From: Bacteroidales bacterium
GTDB lineage: Bacteria > Bacteroidota > Bacteroidia > Bacteroidales > GCA-2748055
Reading direction: 5' to 3'
Length of the DNA: 64,000 nucleotides
Assembly: GCA_040768485.1 (NCBI GenBank)
Contig: JAXGMU010000002.1
Span: 40,285 to 104,284, forward strand
Each line of letters begins with the position of its first letter. Position 1 is the first letter of the stretch. The position numbers and the translations under genes are program-made. Below the pieces are notes generated by a model. The model saw only the letters and a list, made by a program, of their open reading frames with translations, was not told the origin of the DNA and did no database searches. Positions 46,049 through 56,545 of this stretch are shown piece by piece.

Positions 46049-47551
46049 ATGTACTTACTGGGTTATGATGTGGGAAGTTCCTCGGTAAAGGCGAGTCTGG
46101 TGGATGCGGATACGGGACGTTGTGCTGCCACCGCCTTTCATCCCAAGAAGGAGATGAAAATCGATGCCCCGAGGGCCGGTTGGGCGGAACAGGACCCGGA
46201 ACAGTGGTGGTCCAACCTGATCCTGGCCACGACCGACGTGCTGCAGTCAGCCGAAATCGATCCTTCGGCCATCGGAGCCATCGGTATCTCATACCAGATG
46301 CACGGACTGGTCATGGTTGACCGGAAGCACCAGCTGCTGCGGCCGGCCATCATCTGGTGCGACAGCAGGGCGGTCCCCTTCGGGGAACATGCCATGCAGG
46401 CCATCGGCGAGGAAAAATGCCTTGCCCACCTGCTCAACTCACCGGGAAATTTTACCGCTTCGAAGCTGAGCTGGGTGATCATGAATGAACCAGGGACCTA
46501 CGAAAAAGCATACAAAATCATGCTTCCCGGCGATTACATCGCCATGAAGATGACAGGCGAGATCAACACCACCATCTCGGGGCTCTCGGAAGGCATCATG
46601 TGGGATTTCAAAAATAATTCCATCGCGGATTTCCTGCTGGAATATTACGGGATCCACCGGCACCTGATCCCGGAGATCGTCCCAACCTTCTCGGAACAGG
46701 GACGGTTGTCGGCCCGGGCCGCGGATGAGCTGGGACTGGTTCCCGGTATACAGATCTCTTACAGGGCGGGAGACCAGCCGAACAATGCATTTTCGCTGAA
46801 CGTGCTGAATCCGGGTGAGATCGCGGCCACAGCCGGCACTTCGGGAGTGGTATACGGGGTGAGCGACGAGGTGAAATATGATCCCCGGAGCCGGGTAAAC
46901 ACCTTCGCCCATGTGAACCACAGCCAGGAGGTGAACCGCCTGGGTGTCCTGCTGTGCATCAACGGGTCCGGGATCCAGTATTCCTGGCTCAAGCAGAACC
47001 TTTCCGCTCCGGAAATGAATTATCCCGCGCTGAACGACCTCGCCATGGAAGCGCCCGTCGGCTCAGAGGGCCTGATCATGCTTCCTTTCGGCAACGGGGC
47101 GGAACGCATGCTGGGAAATCTGAATGTTGGCGGTACGGTCCGGAACATCAACTTCAATATACATGGATCACCGCACCTGGTCAGGGCTGCCCAGGAAGGG
47201 GTCGTGTTTGCCATGCATTACGGAATACAGATCATGAAGGAGATCGGGATCCATCCAAGGGTGATCAGGGCGGGACTCTCCAACATGTTCCTGAGCCCTG
47301 TTTTCAGGGATACCCTGGCCGGAATCTCAGGCGCCACCATCGAACTTTACGATACGGACGGTTCCGTCGGAGCCGCCAACGGAGCCGGGATCGGTTCGGG
47401 TACATTCAGCTCTTTTGAAGAAGCTTTTGAGAACCTCAACAAGATGATCGTGGTGGAACCCGATGAAAAACACAAGGGCAGTTACCAGGAAGCCTACCAG
47501 CGCTGGTCGGAAGTCCTCCGGGAATGCCTGGAACATCAACTGGAACCATAA
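46049..47551 (+). CDS. xylB: xylulokinase (FGGY family)
   Basis: [24 protein letters not shown] and GDQPNNA motifs. Directly upstream of xylA. Confidence 0.85.
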   Translation: MYLLGYDVGSSSVKASLVDADTGRCAATAFHPKKEMKIDAPRAGWAEQDPEQWWSNLILATTDVLQSAEIDPSAIGAIGISYQMHGLVMVDRKHQLLRPAIIWCDSRAVPFGEHAMQAIGEEKCLAHLLNSPGNFTASKLSWVIMNEPGTYEKAYKIMLPGDYIAMKMTGEINTTISGLSEGIMWDFKNNSIADFLLEYYGIHRHLIPEIVPTFSEQGRLSARAADELGLVPGIQISYRAGDQPNNAFSLNVLNPGEIAATAGTSGVVYGVSDEVKYDPRSRVNTFAHVNHSQEVNRLGVLLCINGSGIQYSWLKQNLSAPEMNYPALNDLAMEAPVGSEGLIMLPFGNGAERMLGNLNVGGTVRNINFNIHGSPHLVRAAQEGVVFAMHYGIQIMKEIGIHPRVIRAGLSNMFLSPVFRDTLAGISGATIELYDTDGSVGAANGAGIGSGTFSSFEEAFENLNKMIVVEPDEKHKGSYQEAYQRWSEVLRECLEHQLEP

Positions 47552-47562
47552 ACTTTAAGAAA

Positions 47563-48894
47563 ATGGAATATTTGAAAGGAAACAAAGAGTACTTCCCGGG
47601 AATCGGGAGGATCAGATTTGAAGGCAGGGAATCGGACAATCCGCTGGCCTTCAAGTTCTATGATGAAAACAAGGTAATTGCCGGCAAGAGCATGAAAGAG
47701 CATCTGCGCTTCGCTGTTGCCTACTGGCACACCTTCTGCGGAACGGGACTGGATCCCTTCGGTCCGGGTACAAAGGATTTTCCCTGGGACAGGGGTAAAA
47801 CCGACCTGGACAGGGCAAGGGACAAGATGGATGCAGCTTTTGAGTTCATCACCAAACTGGGAATGCCCTATTTCTGCTTCCACGATGTGGACCTGGTAGC
47901 CGAAGGGAATTCGGTGCGGGAATACGAATCCAACCTCTCCAGCATGGTGGATTATGCCAGGCAGAAAATGGCCGATTCGGGTGTCAAATTGCTGTGGGGG
48001 ACCGCCAATGTCTTTGGCAACCCGAGGTACATGAACGGGGCGGCCACCAATCCGGATTTCAAAGTACTGCCCTGGGTGGCCACCCAGGTGAAGAACGCCC
48101 TGGACGCCACCATCGCCCTGGGCGGGGAGAACTATGTTTTCTGGGGAGGCCGTGAAGGGTATATGACATTGCTGAACACGCAGATGAAGCGCGAGCAGGA
48201 ACACCTGGCCCAGTTCCTCCACATGGCCAGGGATTATGCCCGCAGCAACGGTTTCAACGGTCCGTTCCTCGTCGAACCCAAACCCATGGAACCCACCAAG
48301 CACCAGTATGACTACGATGCGGCCACGGTAGTGGGGTTCCTGAACAAGTATGGTCTGGAAGGGGATTTCAAACTGAATATCGAGGTGAACCATGCCACCC
48401 TGGCCGGACACACATTTCAACACGAATTGCAGGTGGCGGTGGACAATGATCTCTTCTGCAGCATTGATGCAAACAGGGGGGATTATCAGAACGGATGGGA
48501 CACCGACCAGTTCCCCATTGACCTGTACGAGCTGGTGGAGGCCATGCTGGTGATCCTGGAAGCCGGGGGATTCAAATCCGGAGGCATCAATTTCGATGCA
48601 AAAACCCGCAGGAACAGCACCGACCTGGAAGATATCTTCATCGCGCATATTGCGGGTATGGATGCATTTGCCAGGGCTTTCGAGATCACCCTGGATATCC
48701 TGGAAAATTCACCCTACCGGAAGATGAGGGCTGAGCGGTATGCCTCCTTTGACGCGGGACCGGGTGCCAGGTTCGAGAAAGGGGAGATGTCCCTCGAAGA
48801 GCTGAAGGAACTGGTTACCACGCTGGGCCATCCGGAACAGCTTTCCGGGAAACAGGAGCTATATGAAGCCATCATCAACCAGTACATCCGCTGA
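47563..48894 (+). CDS. xylA: xylose isomerase
   Basis: [41 protein letters not shown] and [10 protein letters not shown] motifs. Confidence 0.95.
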   Translation: MEYLKGNKEYFPGIGRIRFEGRESDNPLAFKFYDENKVIAGKSMKEHLRFAVAYWHTFCGTGLDPFGPGTKDFPWDRGKTDLDRARDKMDAAFEFITKLGMPYFCFHDVDLVAEGNSVREYESNLSSMVDYARQKMADSGVKLLWGTANVFGNPRYMNGAATNPDFKVLPWVATQVKNALDATIALGGENYVFWGGREGYMTLLNTQMKREQEHLAQFLHMARDYARSNGFNGPFLVEPKPMEPTKHQYDYDAATVVGFLNKYGLEGDFKLNIEVNHATLAGHTFQHELQVAVDNDLFCSIDANRGDYQNGWDTDQFPIDLYELVEAMLVILEAGGFKSGGINFDAKTRRNSTDLEDIFIAHIAGMDAFARAFEITLDILENSPYRKMRAERYASFDAGPGARFEKGEMSLEELKELVTTLGHPEQLSGKQELYEAIINQYIR

Positions 48895-50065
48895 TTTTCG
48901 CCGGGAGGAAAGTAGCGGGAGCAGATACAGGATCGGCATCGCGGGACCCGGAAAGGTGGCCCACCTTCATGCAAAGGCGATCGGTGAGATAGGGAATGCT
49001 GTCCTCGCCGGGGTCTGTTCCAGGTCAATGTCGCGGGCCACTACTTTCGCTTCCCTTTACGGCGCCCGGTCCTATAACGATGTGGGAGGGATGGTCCGGA
49101 CAGAGAAGCTGGATCTGGTGATCATCTGTACACCCCATCCCAACCACCTTGAACCGGCCCTGCAGGCCCTGGAGGCCGGAGCACACCTCCTGGTGGAAAA
49201 ACCCCTGGCTTCCACGCTCCAGGATTGCGATGCCATGATCGGAGCAGCCGCGAAGGCGGGCCTGAAACTGGGAGTGGTGAGCCAGCGCCGCTGGTACCCT
49301 CCCACCCTGCGCGTCAAAAAAGCCATTGATGAAGGTAAGATCGGGAAGCCCGTCCTGGGAACGGTCCAGATGCTCGGATGGAGGGATGAAGCATATTACC
49401 GCTCTGATCCGTGGAGGGGTTCCTGGAACATGGAAGGAGGCGGTGTGATGGTCAACCAGGCCCCGCACCAGCTGGACCTGCTGAGCTGGTTGATGGGACC
49501 GGCGGAAGAGTTGTTCGGAACATGGGATAACCTGAACCATCCGTATATCGAAGTGGAGGATACGGCCCTGGCCATTGTCAGGTTCAGGAGCGGCGCCCTG
49601 GGGAACATCATACTTTCCAACTGCCAGAAACCGGGCATCTACGGGAAGATCCACGTTCACGGAGAAAACGGGTCCACGGTGGGTGTGCAGACCGAGGGAG
49701 GTTCCATGTTCATTGCAGGCATGACCCCCATCTCCGAGCCCCCGGTAAACGACCTGTGGACCGTCCCCGGAGAAGAGAAGATGCTGGATGGATTTATCAG
49801 AGAGGACCGGGAGCTGTTCGAACGGATCGACCCGATGGTCCATTTCATCCGGCTGCAGATCCAAGAGTACCTGGATGCGCTGGAAACCGGGCGGGATCCG
49901 CTGGTCACCGGGCAGGAAGGACGCAAAACCGTTGAGCTTTTTACGGCCGTTTACCGGTCGGCAAGGGACCGGGTGCCGGTGAAATTCCCGCTGGAGCCGG
50001 AAACCGGCCGCAGTGACTTTAACGGCCGCCTTTCTGCCGGGGGACAAACATTCAGAACAGCCTGA
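48863..50065 (+). CDS. Gfo/Idh/MocA-family oxidoreductase
   Basis: [12 protein letters not shown] Rossmann start and EKP motif (LLVEKPLA). The only canonical in-frame start (ATG at 48863) overlaps the last 32 nt of xylA. The true start is uncertain. Confidence 0.75.
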   Translation: MKPSSTSTSADFRREESSGSRYRIGIAGPGKVAHLHAKAIGEIGNAVLAGVCSRSMSRATTFASLYGARSYNDVGGMVRTEKLDLVIICTPHPNHLEPALQALEAGAHLLVEKPLASTLQDCDAMIGAAAKAGLKLGVVSQRRWYPPTLRVKKAIDEGKIGKPVLGTVQMLGWRDEAYYRSDPWRGSWNMEGGGVMVNQAPHQLDLLSWLMGPAEELFGTWDNLNHPYIEVEDTALAIVRFRSGALGNIILSNCQKPGIYGKIHVHGENGSTVGVQTEGGSMFIAGMTPISEPPVNDLWTVPGEEKMLDGFIREDRELFERIDPMVHFIRLQIQEYLDALETGRDPLVTGQEGRKTVELFTAVYRSARDRVPVKFPLEPETGRSDFNGRLSAGGQTFRTA

Positions 50066-51419
50066 CCACCCCGTAGACCCCCACCAGAATGATGGCAATG
50101 CAGCTGACCACAAGGGCCACATTGTAAAACCGCCCCGGCCGGAGCATCTGCTCCCTTGTCCCGAACCTGAAGTAAAAACCGGCAATCACCACGATCACCA
50201 GCATGATGAAGGTGGCAATGCCTCCGATGGTGACCATCAGCACCGGGAGCTTCACCACAAGAAAAGCAACGGTCCACAGCAGGGGAAAGACAACGGCCAG
50301 GATCCGGATGGTCCGCAACCGGATCCGCAGGTTGCTGAAGTCAATCCATTTCACCACACCGAAAAGGTCCGAAAAGACCCTGGTGCGGATGGCCAGTGCC
50401 GCAAAGAGTGTGGAAAAAAGGACCACGAAGGAACCTGCCAGGAAAATATTTTTTGCTGCGGGTCCTACCGAGTCTGTGTAGATCCTGGAAAGGGTCTCGA
50501 TCATTTCATACCCTTCCGGGATTTCTCCCCGCCGGTGAAGAATGGCTGCCCCGAGGACAAAAAAAGCCGCGGTGACGACGGTGTAAACGATCATGGAAAG
50601 GAACGCATCCAGGTACATCACGCGGATCCATCCGCTGGCCCGTGCGCTCCACCCCGGATCATTCCGGAGAGACCCGGAAAACCTGGCATACCCTTTCTCA
50701 ATGCACCAGTAGTTGTAGGACAGGATCTCATCCCCGCCCACGCCCGTCAAACCGAATGCGGCCAGTGCAAAGCCCACCGTTCCCGCCGGAAGCCTGAAGG
50801 AGAGCCCACCGCCCAGATCGGCCAGCGTGATGGAAAAGGCGGTTCGCTGGACCATCACAAGCGCCAGGATCGTGAAGAGCACGAAAAAACCCATGAAAAA
50901 CAGGGAGATCTTTTCAACCAGCCCGTAATAGCCGAAGAGCATAATGGTGATAACCACAATGGCTGTCAGGATGGTCCAGCCGCCCACGGATACGGGGGGA
51001 AAGGCCATGTGGAGGATCATGGCAACCCCGCCGATGATCCCGCCCAGCTGCAGCGGCTTGAAAATCCACAACACCAGCCAAGCCCAGACTCCCCAGCTGG
51101 CCCTGCTTTTACCGAAGCGCGGACCCGGAAGCCGGTTCATCATCTGCATGGCCGATGTGCCCCTGATGATGGATTGGCGCCCGAACTCCAGCTGAAGGGT
51201 GATTTTAACCAGACAGCTTACCAGGATGACCCAGAGGGTCACAAAACCCGCCTTGGCGCCCAGGGTGGTTGTGGCGATCAGCTCTCCGGATCCGACCACC
51301 GATGCAGAAAGGATGAATCCGGGCCCCAGAAATCTCACTCTGCCGAAAAAACTGCGTGGGGGATCCAGAATGGCCGATTCATCAACCAGGTAGGGGTCCG
51401 TGGTGATCGCTTTTTTCAT
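50052..51419 (-). CDS. Nramp-fold (LeuT-like) membrane transporter with a non-canonical TM1 motif
   Basis: 455 aa and about 11 TM segments. The N-terminal LGPGFILSASVVGSGELIATT aligns to the Nramp GPGFL...DPGN region, but DPGN is replaced by GSGE. Confidence 0.65.
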   Translation of the reverse strand: MKKAITTDPYLVDESAILDPPRSFFGRVRFLGPGFILSASVVGSGELIATTTLGAKAGFVTLWVILVSCLVKITLQLEFGRQSIIRGTSAMQMMNRLPGPRFGKSRASWGVWAWLVLWIFKPLQLGGIIGGVAMILHMAFPPVSVGGWTILTAIVVITIMLFGYYGLVEKISLFFMGFFVLFTILALVMVQRTAFSITLADLGGGLSFRLPAGTVGFALAAFGLTGVGGDEILSYNYWCIEKGYARFSGSLRNDPGWSARASGWIRVMYLDAFLSMIVYTVVTAAFFVLGAAILHRRGEIPEGYEMIETLSRIYTDSVGPAAKNIFLAGSFVVLFSTLFAALAIRTRVFSDLFGVVKWIDFSNLRIRLRTIRILAVVFPLLWTVAFLVVKLPVLMVTIGGIATFIMLVIVVIAGFYFRFGTREQMLRPGRFYNVALVVSCIAIILVGVYGVVRLF

Positions 51420-51451
51420 CTGTACCGAAGGATGGCCGGCAGAATTCCTGA

Positions 51452-52525
51452 CTACCTCCTGACCCGGGCGTTCCCTTCCCAGATGCTCCAGATCTGTTCT
51501 TCATCGGCCGGCTGTGCATAATCGGTCTCCAGGGTGGTGACCAGCGCACCGCTGGCCCAGCCGAACCGGATCCATTTCCCGGAATCCCATCCCCTCAGAA
51601 TGGCATACAGCATCCCTGCCACAAAACCGTCCCCCCCGCCGATGCGGTCGAACACATAGATGTCCCTTGGCTCCACCACGTGCCAGTTCCCGTTTTCCCA
51701 CAAAATGGCGCCCCACAGGTGCTGGTTTGTACTGACCACTTCACGGAGGGTGGTGGCAAACACGGTAGTGCCGGGAAAGGTTTTGCGTGCCCTGTCGATC
51801 ATCCCTTTGAACCCGTCTATTTTCGTTGAAAGGTCCTTTCCTCCGGCCTCAGGGCCCTCGATGCCCAGGCAGAGCTGAAAATCCTCTTCGTTTCCGATGA
51901 GCACATCTGAAACGGATGCGATCCCGGCAAATATCCCGTGCAGTTCCTCTTCCCTTCCTTTCCAGAAGGAGGCCCTGTAATTCAGATCAAACGAGATCCG
52001 GGTGCCGTATTTCTTCGCCAACCGGGCCAGCTCCAGGCAGAACTGTCCGGTTTCCGGTGAAAGCGCTGCGATGAGTCCCGACATGTGCACGATCTGTGCC
52101 CCTTCACTACCGAAAATACGGTCAAGGTCAAAATCCTTCACGTTCAGGGTCCTCCCCACCTCCCCCGCCCGGTCGTTCTGCACCCGCGGGCCCCGCGAGC
52201 CGTAACCCCGGTCGGCGATGTTGATCTGGTGCCTGTATCCCCAGGGGCCGCCCTGGTCAACTTCCGCTCCCTCGAAATCCATGTGCCGTGCGGCCAGGTT
52301 GTCCCTGATCATCCTGGCGATGGGACTCCCCTTTACAAATGTGGTAAGCACCTTCACCGGCAGTCCCAGGTAGGAGGAAACACTGCCCACGTTGGACTCG
52401 GCACTGGTGACCTGCATTTTGAACATGTCGCTTGTGTGGACCGGCTGCCCGTTCACGGGCGTGATCCGGATCCCCATGCTGGTGGGGATTACCATTGCAT
52501 ATTTTGCATCCTTTCGTAATTCCAT
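51452..52525 (-). CDS. PfkB-family sugar kinase, divergent KdgK paralogue
   Basis: DLNYR, GNEEDF and the ATP-site DRIGGGDGFVAG motifs. The N-terminal substrate lid differs from the upstream paralogue. Confidence 0.75.
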   Translation of the reverse strand: MELRKDAKYAMVIPTSMGIRITPVNGQPVHTSDMFKMQVTSAESNVGSVSSYLGLPVKVLTTFVKGSPIARMIRDNLAARHMDFEGAEVDQGGPWGYRHQINIADRGYGSRGPRVQNDRAGEVGRTLNVKDFDLDRIFGSEGAQIVHMSGLIAALSPETGQFCLELARLAKKYGTRISFDLNYRASFWKGREEELHGIFAGIASVSDVLIGNEEDFQLCLGIEGPEAGGKDLSTKIDGFKGMIDRARKTFPGTTVFATTLREVVSTNQHLWGAILWENGNWHVVEPRDIYVFDRIGGGDGFVAGMLYAILRGWDSGKWIRFGWASGALVTTLETDYAQPADEEQIWSIWEGNARVRR

Positions 52526-52581
52526 TTTGCCTGAATTTATTGATGTTTAACTTCAATTCCTCTGTGATCCGGGAAACGGGG

Positions 52582-53682
52582 TCAGCGGACAACCCTGGCG
52601 GATCCGCCGCCTTTTACCTTTTCCACTTCTGCCAGTGTGGCCATGCTGGTATCGCCCGGTGTGGTCATGGCCAGCGCCCCGTGGGCAGCACCATATTCAA
52701 CCGCCTCCCGGGGATCTCCGGTGGCCATCATCCCGTAGATAAGTCCCGAGGCGAAGCTGTCCCCTCCTCCCACCCGGTCGAGGATCTCCAGATCCGGGCG
52801 GTGGGTGGCCTCGTAAAACTCCCCGTCATAGTAACAGATACCTCCCCAGGAATTGACGGTTGCCGTCTTCACGGTGCGGAGGGTGGTGGCGATCATCCTG
52901 AAATTGGGGAATGTTTTGATCACATTCAGGATCATTTTTTTGTAACTGTCGGTTTCAAGATTGGAGAGGTTCTGATCCACTCCTTCCACCTCGAATCCCA
53001 GGCCTGCCGTAAAATCTTCTTCATTGCCGATCATCACGTCCACATAGGGTGCCAGTCTCCGGTTCACCTCCCTGGCTTTTTCGATCCCCCCGATGGCTTT
53101 CCAGAGGGAGGGCCTGTAGTTCAGATCATAGGAGATCACCGTGCCGTGCTTCCTGGCGGAGACCATGGCCTCTTCGATCACTTCGGGGGTACTCTCCGAG
53201 AGGGCAGCAAAAATGCCCCCCGTATGGAACCACTGCGATCCGAGCGTACCGAATATTTCATCCCAGGGGATATCTCCTTTCTTCAGCTGACTGGCTGCAG
53301 TGTTGCCCCTGTCCGACACACCCAGGGCGCCCCTGATCCCGTACCCCCTTTCGGTAAAGTTCAATCCGTTCCTGACGGTCCGCCCGATCCCGTCGTATGG
53401 GACCCATTTAATATGATCCACCCCCACACCCCCCTGCATGATGAAATCCTCCACCAGCCGGCCCACCGCGTTATCTGCAAATGCGGTGACCACCGCTGTG
53501 GGCAGGCCGAAACATTTCCGGAGCCCCCGGGATACATTGTATTCCCCGCCGCCTTCCCAGACCCGGAACTGTCGGGCCGAACTGATCCGGTTCTCCCCGG
53601 GATCCAGGCGGAGCATGACTTCGCCGAGTGATACGCAGGCATACCTGCAGTCTTCGAGATGTTTGATTTCGAGCTTTGGCAT
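52582..53682 (-). CDS. kdgK: 2-dehydro-3-deoxygluconokinase (PfkB family)
   Basis: SLGEVMLRL, GGGEYNV, DLNYRPSLW and DRVGGGDSFASG motifs. The start is set at the ATG at 53682. Confidence 0.8.
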   Translation of the reverse strand: MPKLEIKHLEDCRYACVSLGEVMLRLDPGENRISSARQFRVWEGGGEYNVSRGLRKCFGLPTAVVTAFADNAVGRLVEDFIMQGGVGVDHIKWVPYDGIGRTVRNGLNFTERGYGIRGALGVSDRGNTAASQLKKGDIPWDEIFGTLGSQWFHTGGIFAALSESTPEVIEEAMVSARKHGTVISYDLNYRPSLWKAIGGIEKAREVNRRLAPYVDVMIGNEEDFTAGLGFEVEGVDQNLSNLETDSYKKMILNVIKTFPNFRMIATTLRTVKTATVNSWGGICYYDGEFYEATHRPDLEILDRVGGGDSFASGLIYGMMATGDPREAVEYGAAHGALAMTTPGDTSMATLAEVEKVKGGGSARVVR

Positions 53683-53711
53683 TGAACAGGATTTTTTACG
53701 TTTCAGAAACC

Positions 53712-53719
53712 CAAATTTA
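53712..53719 (-). promoter_or_regulatory. candidate -7 promoter box (TAAATTTG on the minus strand) for the kdgK pair
   Basis: The reverse complement of CAAATTTA gives a TAnnTTTG match, about 30 nt upstream of the ATG at 53682. Confidence 0.35.
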
Positions 53720-53775
53720 CAATTCCCATCCCACAGTTCCATAGATATCCTTCGATATCGTCCTTATTAAATCTC

Positions 53776-53783
53776 TATATTTG
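53776..53783 (+). promoter_or_regulatory. candidate -7 promoter box (TATATTTG) for the acyltransferase gene
   Basis: TAnnTTTG match 21 nt upstream of the ATG at 53804. Confidence 0.35.
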
Positions 53784-53803
53784 GCCAATATTTGCTGCTG
53801 TAC

Positions 53804-55063
53804 ATGAGTGTATACAGGAGGGTCAAGAAGATCAGGTATCACCGCGGGCGGGTCCGGAGACAAGTATTCTCCAGGTTCAGGAAACAATTCCTGGATTCGG
53901 AGTACCCGGGGGACCCGAAAGCAGCCCGGCTGTTTGGGAAGGATCTGAAAAAGCTCTCGGCCAATTTCTCAAAACTGTTCTTCTTCCAGTATTCGCTTTG
54001 GAGCAGGTACAAATTCCACCGGCACATCTACCGTTCTGTGATCCTGAAGGGGGCCCGGGAAAATACCCTGCGTGATGTGGGAAAGGCTTCAAAGGAAGGG
54101 GTGCTGTTCTATTTCCCCAATCACCAGGCCCATATTGATTCCATGGTGATTTCCTGGGTGGCAAAACTGCTCCGCGTACCCCAGCCCATGTTCATCGCCT
54201 GGAACACCCTGGCCCGAAGAAGGTCCTCCTACCTGATGCCCCTGGTGAACAGTTGCCTGCTGGACAGGCAAATCATGGACACCCGTTTCAGTCCACCGGA
54301 TCCCTTCAGGAACACGAGAAACTATCGGGCAGGGTATACCAGGCTTTTCAATGAATACCTGAAACACATGCTCTCCGAAGGAGTGGATTCCCTGATCTAT
54401 CCGGAAGGAGGCCGCACATACTCCGGGAAGACGGGAGAAGCCAGGATCAGGAGGGTCTTTAAAAGCGCCCTGCAGGCACAGGATTCAATGAAAGACCGCA
54501 GGGAGATCTTTATTGTGCCTGTTTCGCTCACATACACCCTGGTCCCCGAGGCATCGCAGCTCATCCGGGCGTGCCACGAAGGCACATATCTTCCGCCCTC
54601 CAGTCTTTTTCACGACATGCAACACGGCGATGACCGGTATGCCGCTTTCAGGCCCGGGTATGAAACAAGGAGCGGTTTCCCTCTGATCCGGGAGTTCCTG
54701 GAGAAAAAAACGCCCATATACTGCGTGCTGGGAGATCCCATTTCACTCAGGGAGAATGCCCCCACGCTGGAACAATGTTTTGAACCCGTGAAACAGAACC
54801 TGAAGGTGCTGCCCCACCACTTCGTGGCCAGGCTGATCCTTTCCGGTAAAACCGCAGGCATGATCGATGCTGCCCGGCAGCTGCGGAACACGATCCCGGA
54901 ACACCTCCTGGATGAAGCTTTTTTTGATGAGCTGGGCCTCCGGGACATTCTCTCCGTCGGGCTGGATTTCTTTCGCTGCGAGGGAGCCGTCTCGGAAACC
55001 GGGGAGATCCGCGATCCGTTGCTCCTGGAATATTACGGCAACAAGTGCATTCCTAACTCCTAA
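53804..55063 (+). CDS. PlsB/GPAT-like glycerolipid acyltransferase
   Basis: HX4D motif NHQAHIDS and YPEGGRTYSGK (motif III), as in glycerol-3-phosphate/DHAP acyltransferases. The start is chosen downstream of the promoter box. Confidence 0.7.
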   Translation: MSVYRRVKKIRYHRGRVRRQVFSRFRKQFLDSEYPGDPKAARLFGKDLKKLSANFSKLFFFQYSLWSRYKFHRHIYRSVILKGARENTLRDVGKASKEGVLFYFPNHQAHIDSMVISWVAKLLRVPQPMFIAWNTLARRRSSYLMPLVNSCLLDRQIMDTRFSPPDPFRNTRNYRAGYTRLFNEYLKHMLSEGVDSLIYPEGGRTYSGKTGEARIRRVFKSALQAQDSMKDRREIFIVPVSLTYTLVPEASQLIRACHEGTYLPPSSLFHDMQHGDDRYAAFRPGYETRSGFPLIREFLEKKTPIYCVLGDPISLRENAPTLEQCFEPVKQNLKVLPHHFVARLILSGKTAGMIDAARQLRNTIPEHLLDEAFFDELGLRDILSVGLDFFRCEGAVSETGEIRDPLLLEYYGNKCIPNS

Positions 55064-55065
55064 CC

Positions 55066-56535
55066 CTAATCCAACATCGGATTGTCATAGAAGATCTTCT
55101 GCTTCATTTCAAAGTCATACAGGGTCACCTCCCGCAGGAGGTAATAGGATTCCCAGTAATTCTCGAGGGAGCTGATATAATCCCGTTTGGCTGCTTCCCG
55201 TTCGGCCAGTGAAATGTTCAGGTCGGTGATGCTGATCTCCCCGTTCTGGAACTTCTTCAAAGCGATCAGATACCCCTCCTCGGCCACCTTGTCGGCAGCC
55301 TCGGCCGTCTCGATCTGGTCCTTGATCAGGTTGAACTGCTCGACCATCACCACCACCCTTCTTTCGAAATCCTGCCGGTCCTGCTCCACATCGTAGATGA
55401 CCAGTTCCCGCTGCGACTCCGCCAATCGCACCTGCGATTCGCTCCTTCCCCAGTCCAGGATCGGGATGCTCAGGGAAAGGCTGACGTTCTGCTGCTGGTC
55501 AGGGTTTTCATACACCCCTCCCAGCATGTCGGCACTGTTGGACACTCCGTAACTCATGTTCAGGGTGGCACTCAGGCCGCTGTTCCTTTTTGCCTGGGTG
55601 AGGTCCCGCTCGGCCTGGATCAGCCTCCGTTCGAATTCGGGTGTTTCTTTCCGGTTCTCCAGGGCCTCTTCCAGTGCCTTCACCGGATCCACTTTGAACA
55701 GGAACATATCCAGCGGGATGATGAGCTCGATCTGCTGGTTCTGGTCCAGCCCGATGTACCGCTTCAGTTCGTAATCGGCGTTTTTCAAATCGATCCGCGC
55801 ATTGTTAAGTGCCTTCTGGGCATTGAAAACCGACAGCTGGATCCTGGCAAAATCATTCTCCGATATGGTTCCCAGCTCCTGTCGCACACTGGCGATCCGC
55901 AGGTTATCCCTGCTGTTCCTCAGATTGCTTTCGGCCAGGGCGTAATTGGTCTGGATCCTCAGGTACCTGAAGAACCTGGATGTGGCCTCGTATGAAATCT
56001 CCTCGATGGACTCAATGAAATTTTTCTGGGCCTCTTCATACACCAGGGGTTCGGTCATCCTGGCCCATTTCATCCAGTTATAGGCAAAAAGCGGCTGGGT
56101 GATCCCGACACTCACCGGGTAACCCGAAAAACCCGTGGTGCTGTTGTTGAAGTCCTGCAACCTCACAAGCCCTGAAGCGGCGTACACATATGCACCCATA
56201 ACAGGAATGGGCTGACTCAGGGCAACCTGTGCACTGGTTTCCAACTGGGTTACCTTGTTGAACACGATGCTCCCGTCGGGTTGTACAATGGGTTTGGTCT
56301 GGTTCTCAAAATCCGGGAGATCGCCCGACAGGGTGAGCTGGGGCCTGAACCGGGTCTGGTGGTTCTTCCACCGCCAGTAGTAATTCACATCACGGTTCTG
56401 CACATACTTTACCGCAGACGACTGATTGATGGCCAGATCCACCACGTTTCTCAGGCTCAGGGACACAAGGGAGTCCTGTGCGAACAGTCCCGCAGGCAGC
56501 GACAGCAGGACTGCATACAGGGCCCGTTTCCCCAT
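55066..56535 (-). CDS. TolC-family outer membrane efflux protein
   Basis: Signal peptide ending FAQDS. Two-repeat OEP layout (LSLRNVVDLAINQS..., coiled alpha-helical repeats). The start is set at the ATG at 56535. Confidence 0.85.
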   Translation of the reverse strand: MGKRALYAVLLSLPAGLFAQDSLVSLSLRNVVDLAINQSSAVKYVQNRDVNYYWRWKNHQTRFRPQLTLSGDLPDFENQTKPIVQPDGSIVFNKVTQLETSAQVALSQPIPVMGAYVYAASGLVRLQDFNNSTTGFSGYPVSVGITQPLFAYNWMKWARMTEPLVYEEAQKNFIESIEEISYEATSRFFRYLRIQTNYALAESNLRNSRDNLRIASVRQELGTISENDFARIQLSVFNAQKALNNARIDLKNADYELKRYIGLDQNQQIELIIPLDMFLFKVDPVKALEEALENRKETPEFERRLIQAERDLTQAKRNSGLSATLNMSYGVSNSADMLGGVYENPDQQQNVSLSLSIPILDWGRSESQVRLAESQRELVIYDVEQDRQDFERRVVVMVEQFNLIKDQIETAEAADKVAEEGYLIALKKFQNGEISITDLNISLAEREAAKRDYISSLENYWESYYLLREVTLYDFEMKQKIFYDNPMLD

Positions 56536-56545
56536 CAGCCTCCAT

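Noticed and set aside
47725-47739. TGGCAC-N5-CTGC, a sigma-54-promoter-like string.
   Set aside because: It lies inside xylA, where it encodes the conserved AYWHTFCG peptide. Its -12 element is imperfect and there is no downstream gene start.
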